A stretch of 35,973 nt of DNA from an uncultured bacterium (GTDB lineage: Bacteria > Abyssobacteria > SURF-5). The notes beneath the pieces are model-generated. The model searched no databases. It saw nothing but the letters and a program-made list of their open reading frames with translations, and was not told the DNA's origin. The stretch covers positions 1 through 35,973 of the forward strand of contig CAZSKP010000043.1 of the NCBI GenBank assembly GCA_964607485.1, in the 5' to 3' direction. Numbering within the stretch: position 1 is the first letter of the stretch; each line of letters begins with the position of its first letter. The position numbers and the translations under genes were made by a program. Shown here one piece after another: positions 34,485 through 35,973 of this stretch.

Positions 34485-35779
34485 TTCTTCAGCCTCACCC
34501 TTATCGCGTTCGCGTGGGCTGTCAGCCCCTCAAGCTCCGCAATCGCGATGATGTCGTCGGCCTCCGCCTGCAGTTGTCTGGACGAGTATTTGACGACGTT
34601 GGTTGTCTTCCTGAAATCCTCCGCGCTCAACGGAGAGGAGAACCTGGCTCTGCCGCCCGTCGGCAGCACGTGATTCGGCCCGGCCAGATAGTCGCCGACG
34701 GCGTTCGGCGTCTGGTCGCCCAGGAAGACGACACCCGCATGATGAATCTTCTTGAGCAGGCGGTCGGCGTTTCTCACGAGCAGCTCCAGGTGCTCGGGCG
34801 CTCGGCGGTTCACGATGGCAACAGCTTCTTCCATGCTTCTGGTCACGATTGCAAGTCCGTTGCGCCTGAGCGAGCTGCGGGCAATCCGCCGCCGCTCCAG
34901 CCGATGCATCTGCACGCCGATCTCTCTTAAAACCTGGCCCGCGAGACGGCGCGACGTGGTGACGAGGATTGCGCTCGCCATCTCGTCGTGCTCGGCCTGT
35001 GACAGCATGTCGGCCGCGACATGGCGAGGATTCGCAGTGGAATCGGCCAGTATCATTATCTCGCTCGGGCCCGCCTCCATGTCGATGGCCACCTGGCCCG
35101 CCACGATGCGCTTTGCGAGCGTCACGTAGATGTTACCTGGCCCCACTATCTTGTCCACCTTCGGGAGAGTTCTCGTTCCGTATGCCAGCGCCGCCACCGC
35201 CTGCGCGCCTCCGACGCGGTACACCTGCGTGGCGCCGGCGATGTCGGCCGCCGCGAGCAGCGCGGGGTGGATGGTTCCGCCCTCGCCCGACGGCGGAGAC
35301 ACCATTACTATTTCCCCGCACCCGGCCACCTTGGCCGGAATGATGTTCATGAGGACCGACGACGGGTACAGCGCCTTCCCGCCCGGACAGTACACGCCCA
35401 CTCGTTCCATGGGGCTGAGCCGCTGGCCGAGCAGAGTGCCTCCCGCGCTCCGGCTGGTCCAACTGCTACGGAGGTGCTTCCTGTGAAATGCGCTTATCTT
35501 GCCGTGGGCTTTGCGAAGCGCGCGGAGCGAAACTACCGACAGGCTCTTGTGCGCCGAGCGGATTTCTTCTTCTCTGATTCTGAACTGGTTCGGCCTGAGC
35601 TTCACGCCGTCGAATTTTTCGGTGAAGCGGACGAGCGCGCGGTCGCCTTCGCGCCGGACGGAGCTCACAATCGCGCGCACGGAGGCCTCGATGCGCGAGC
35701 GCTCCCGTTCGGCATGCCCGCCGAACAGCATCCTGTCAAGCTGCTGTGCGCCGGTCTTCTTAGTTTCTATTACCTTCAT
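34481..35779 (-). CDS. hisD: Histidinol dehydrogenase
   Basis: 'VGVYCPGG', 'YPSSVLM', 'GGAQAVAALAYGT', 'KIVGPGN', 'AGPSE', 'SQAEHD', 'APEHLE', 'GDYLAGPNHVLPT'. Start at ATG 35779 (alternative GTG 35809). Confidence 0.96.
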   Translation of the reverse strand: MKVIETKKTGAQQLDRMLFGGHAERERSRIEASVRAIVSSVRREGDRALVRFTEKFDGVKLRPNQFRIREEEIRSAHKSLSVVSLRALRKAHGKISAFHRKHLRSSWTSRSAGGTLLGQRLSPMERVGVYCPGGKALYPSSVLMNIIPAKVAGCGEIVMVSPPSGEGGTIHPALLAAADIAGATQVYRVGGAQAVAALAYGTRTLPKVDKIVGPGNIYVTLAKRIVAGQVAIDMEAGPSEIMILADSTANPRHVAADMLSQAEHDEMASAILVTTSRRLAGQVLREIGVQMHRLERRRIARSSLRRNGLAIVTRSMEEAVAIVNRRAPEHLELLVRNADRLLKKIHHAGVVFLGDQTPNAVGDYLAGPNHVLPTGGRARFSSPLSAEDFRKTTNVVKYSSRQLQAEADDIIAIAELEGLTAHANAIRVRLKK

Positions 35780-35825
35780 CGTCGTCCCAAAGACATCGGT
35801 GCGAATCACCCTTCGTGTCAGGAGA

Positions 35826-35972
<147 letters not shown>

Positions 35973-35973
35973 C

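Overview
Bacterial, GC-rich, diderm genomic window (TolC-family proteins present). No rRNA, tRNA, CRISPR array or intact transposase was seen. The left half (1-18.2 kb) is a surface-glycan locus. It holds a + strand operon with a DUF115/Maf-like transferase, a truncated pgl, a NeuA-like cytidylyltransferase, an HpcH/HpaI aldolase, a D-2-hydroxyacid dehydrogenase, an NAD-dependent epimerase and a HAD hydrolase, but no NeuB/KdsA synthase in the window. It also holds a radical SAM/SPASM-methyltransferase-GT2 operon, three GT-C-like membrane proteins, a GT4 and a DPM-synthase-like GT2. The right half carries DUF151, a small triple-CCHC zinc-finger protein with a histone-H1-like tail, two tandem TolC paralogues, a phasin-like gene with a double-palindrome promoter and a PHP hydrolase. 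Next is a three-gene signalling module: a lipoprotein fusing PstS-like and PhnD-like domains with an inserted CXXCH motif, a HAMP histidine kinase and a sigma54 NtrC-type regulator. The window ends with DUF378, a GTAG REP doublet, MscS, a stand-alone LigD phosphoesterase, suhB, a small hypothetical protein, hisC, hisD and the 3' end of murA. The best candidates for undescribed biology are the PstS-PhnD-CXXCH sensor module, the apparently NeuB-independent CMP-ulosonate pathway and the zinc-finger/H1-tail protein. All family calls come from motif recognition by eye, without database searches.
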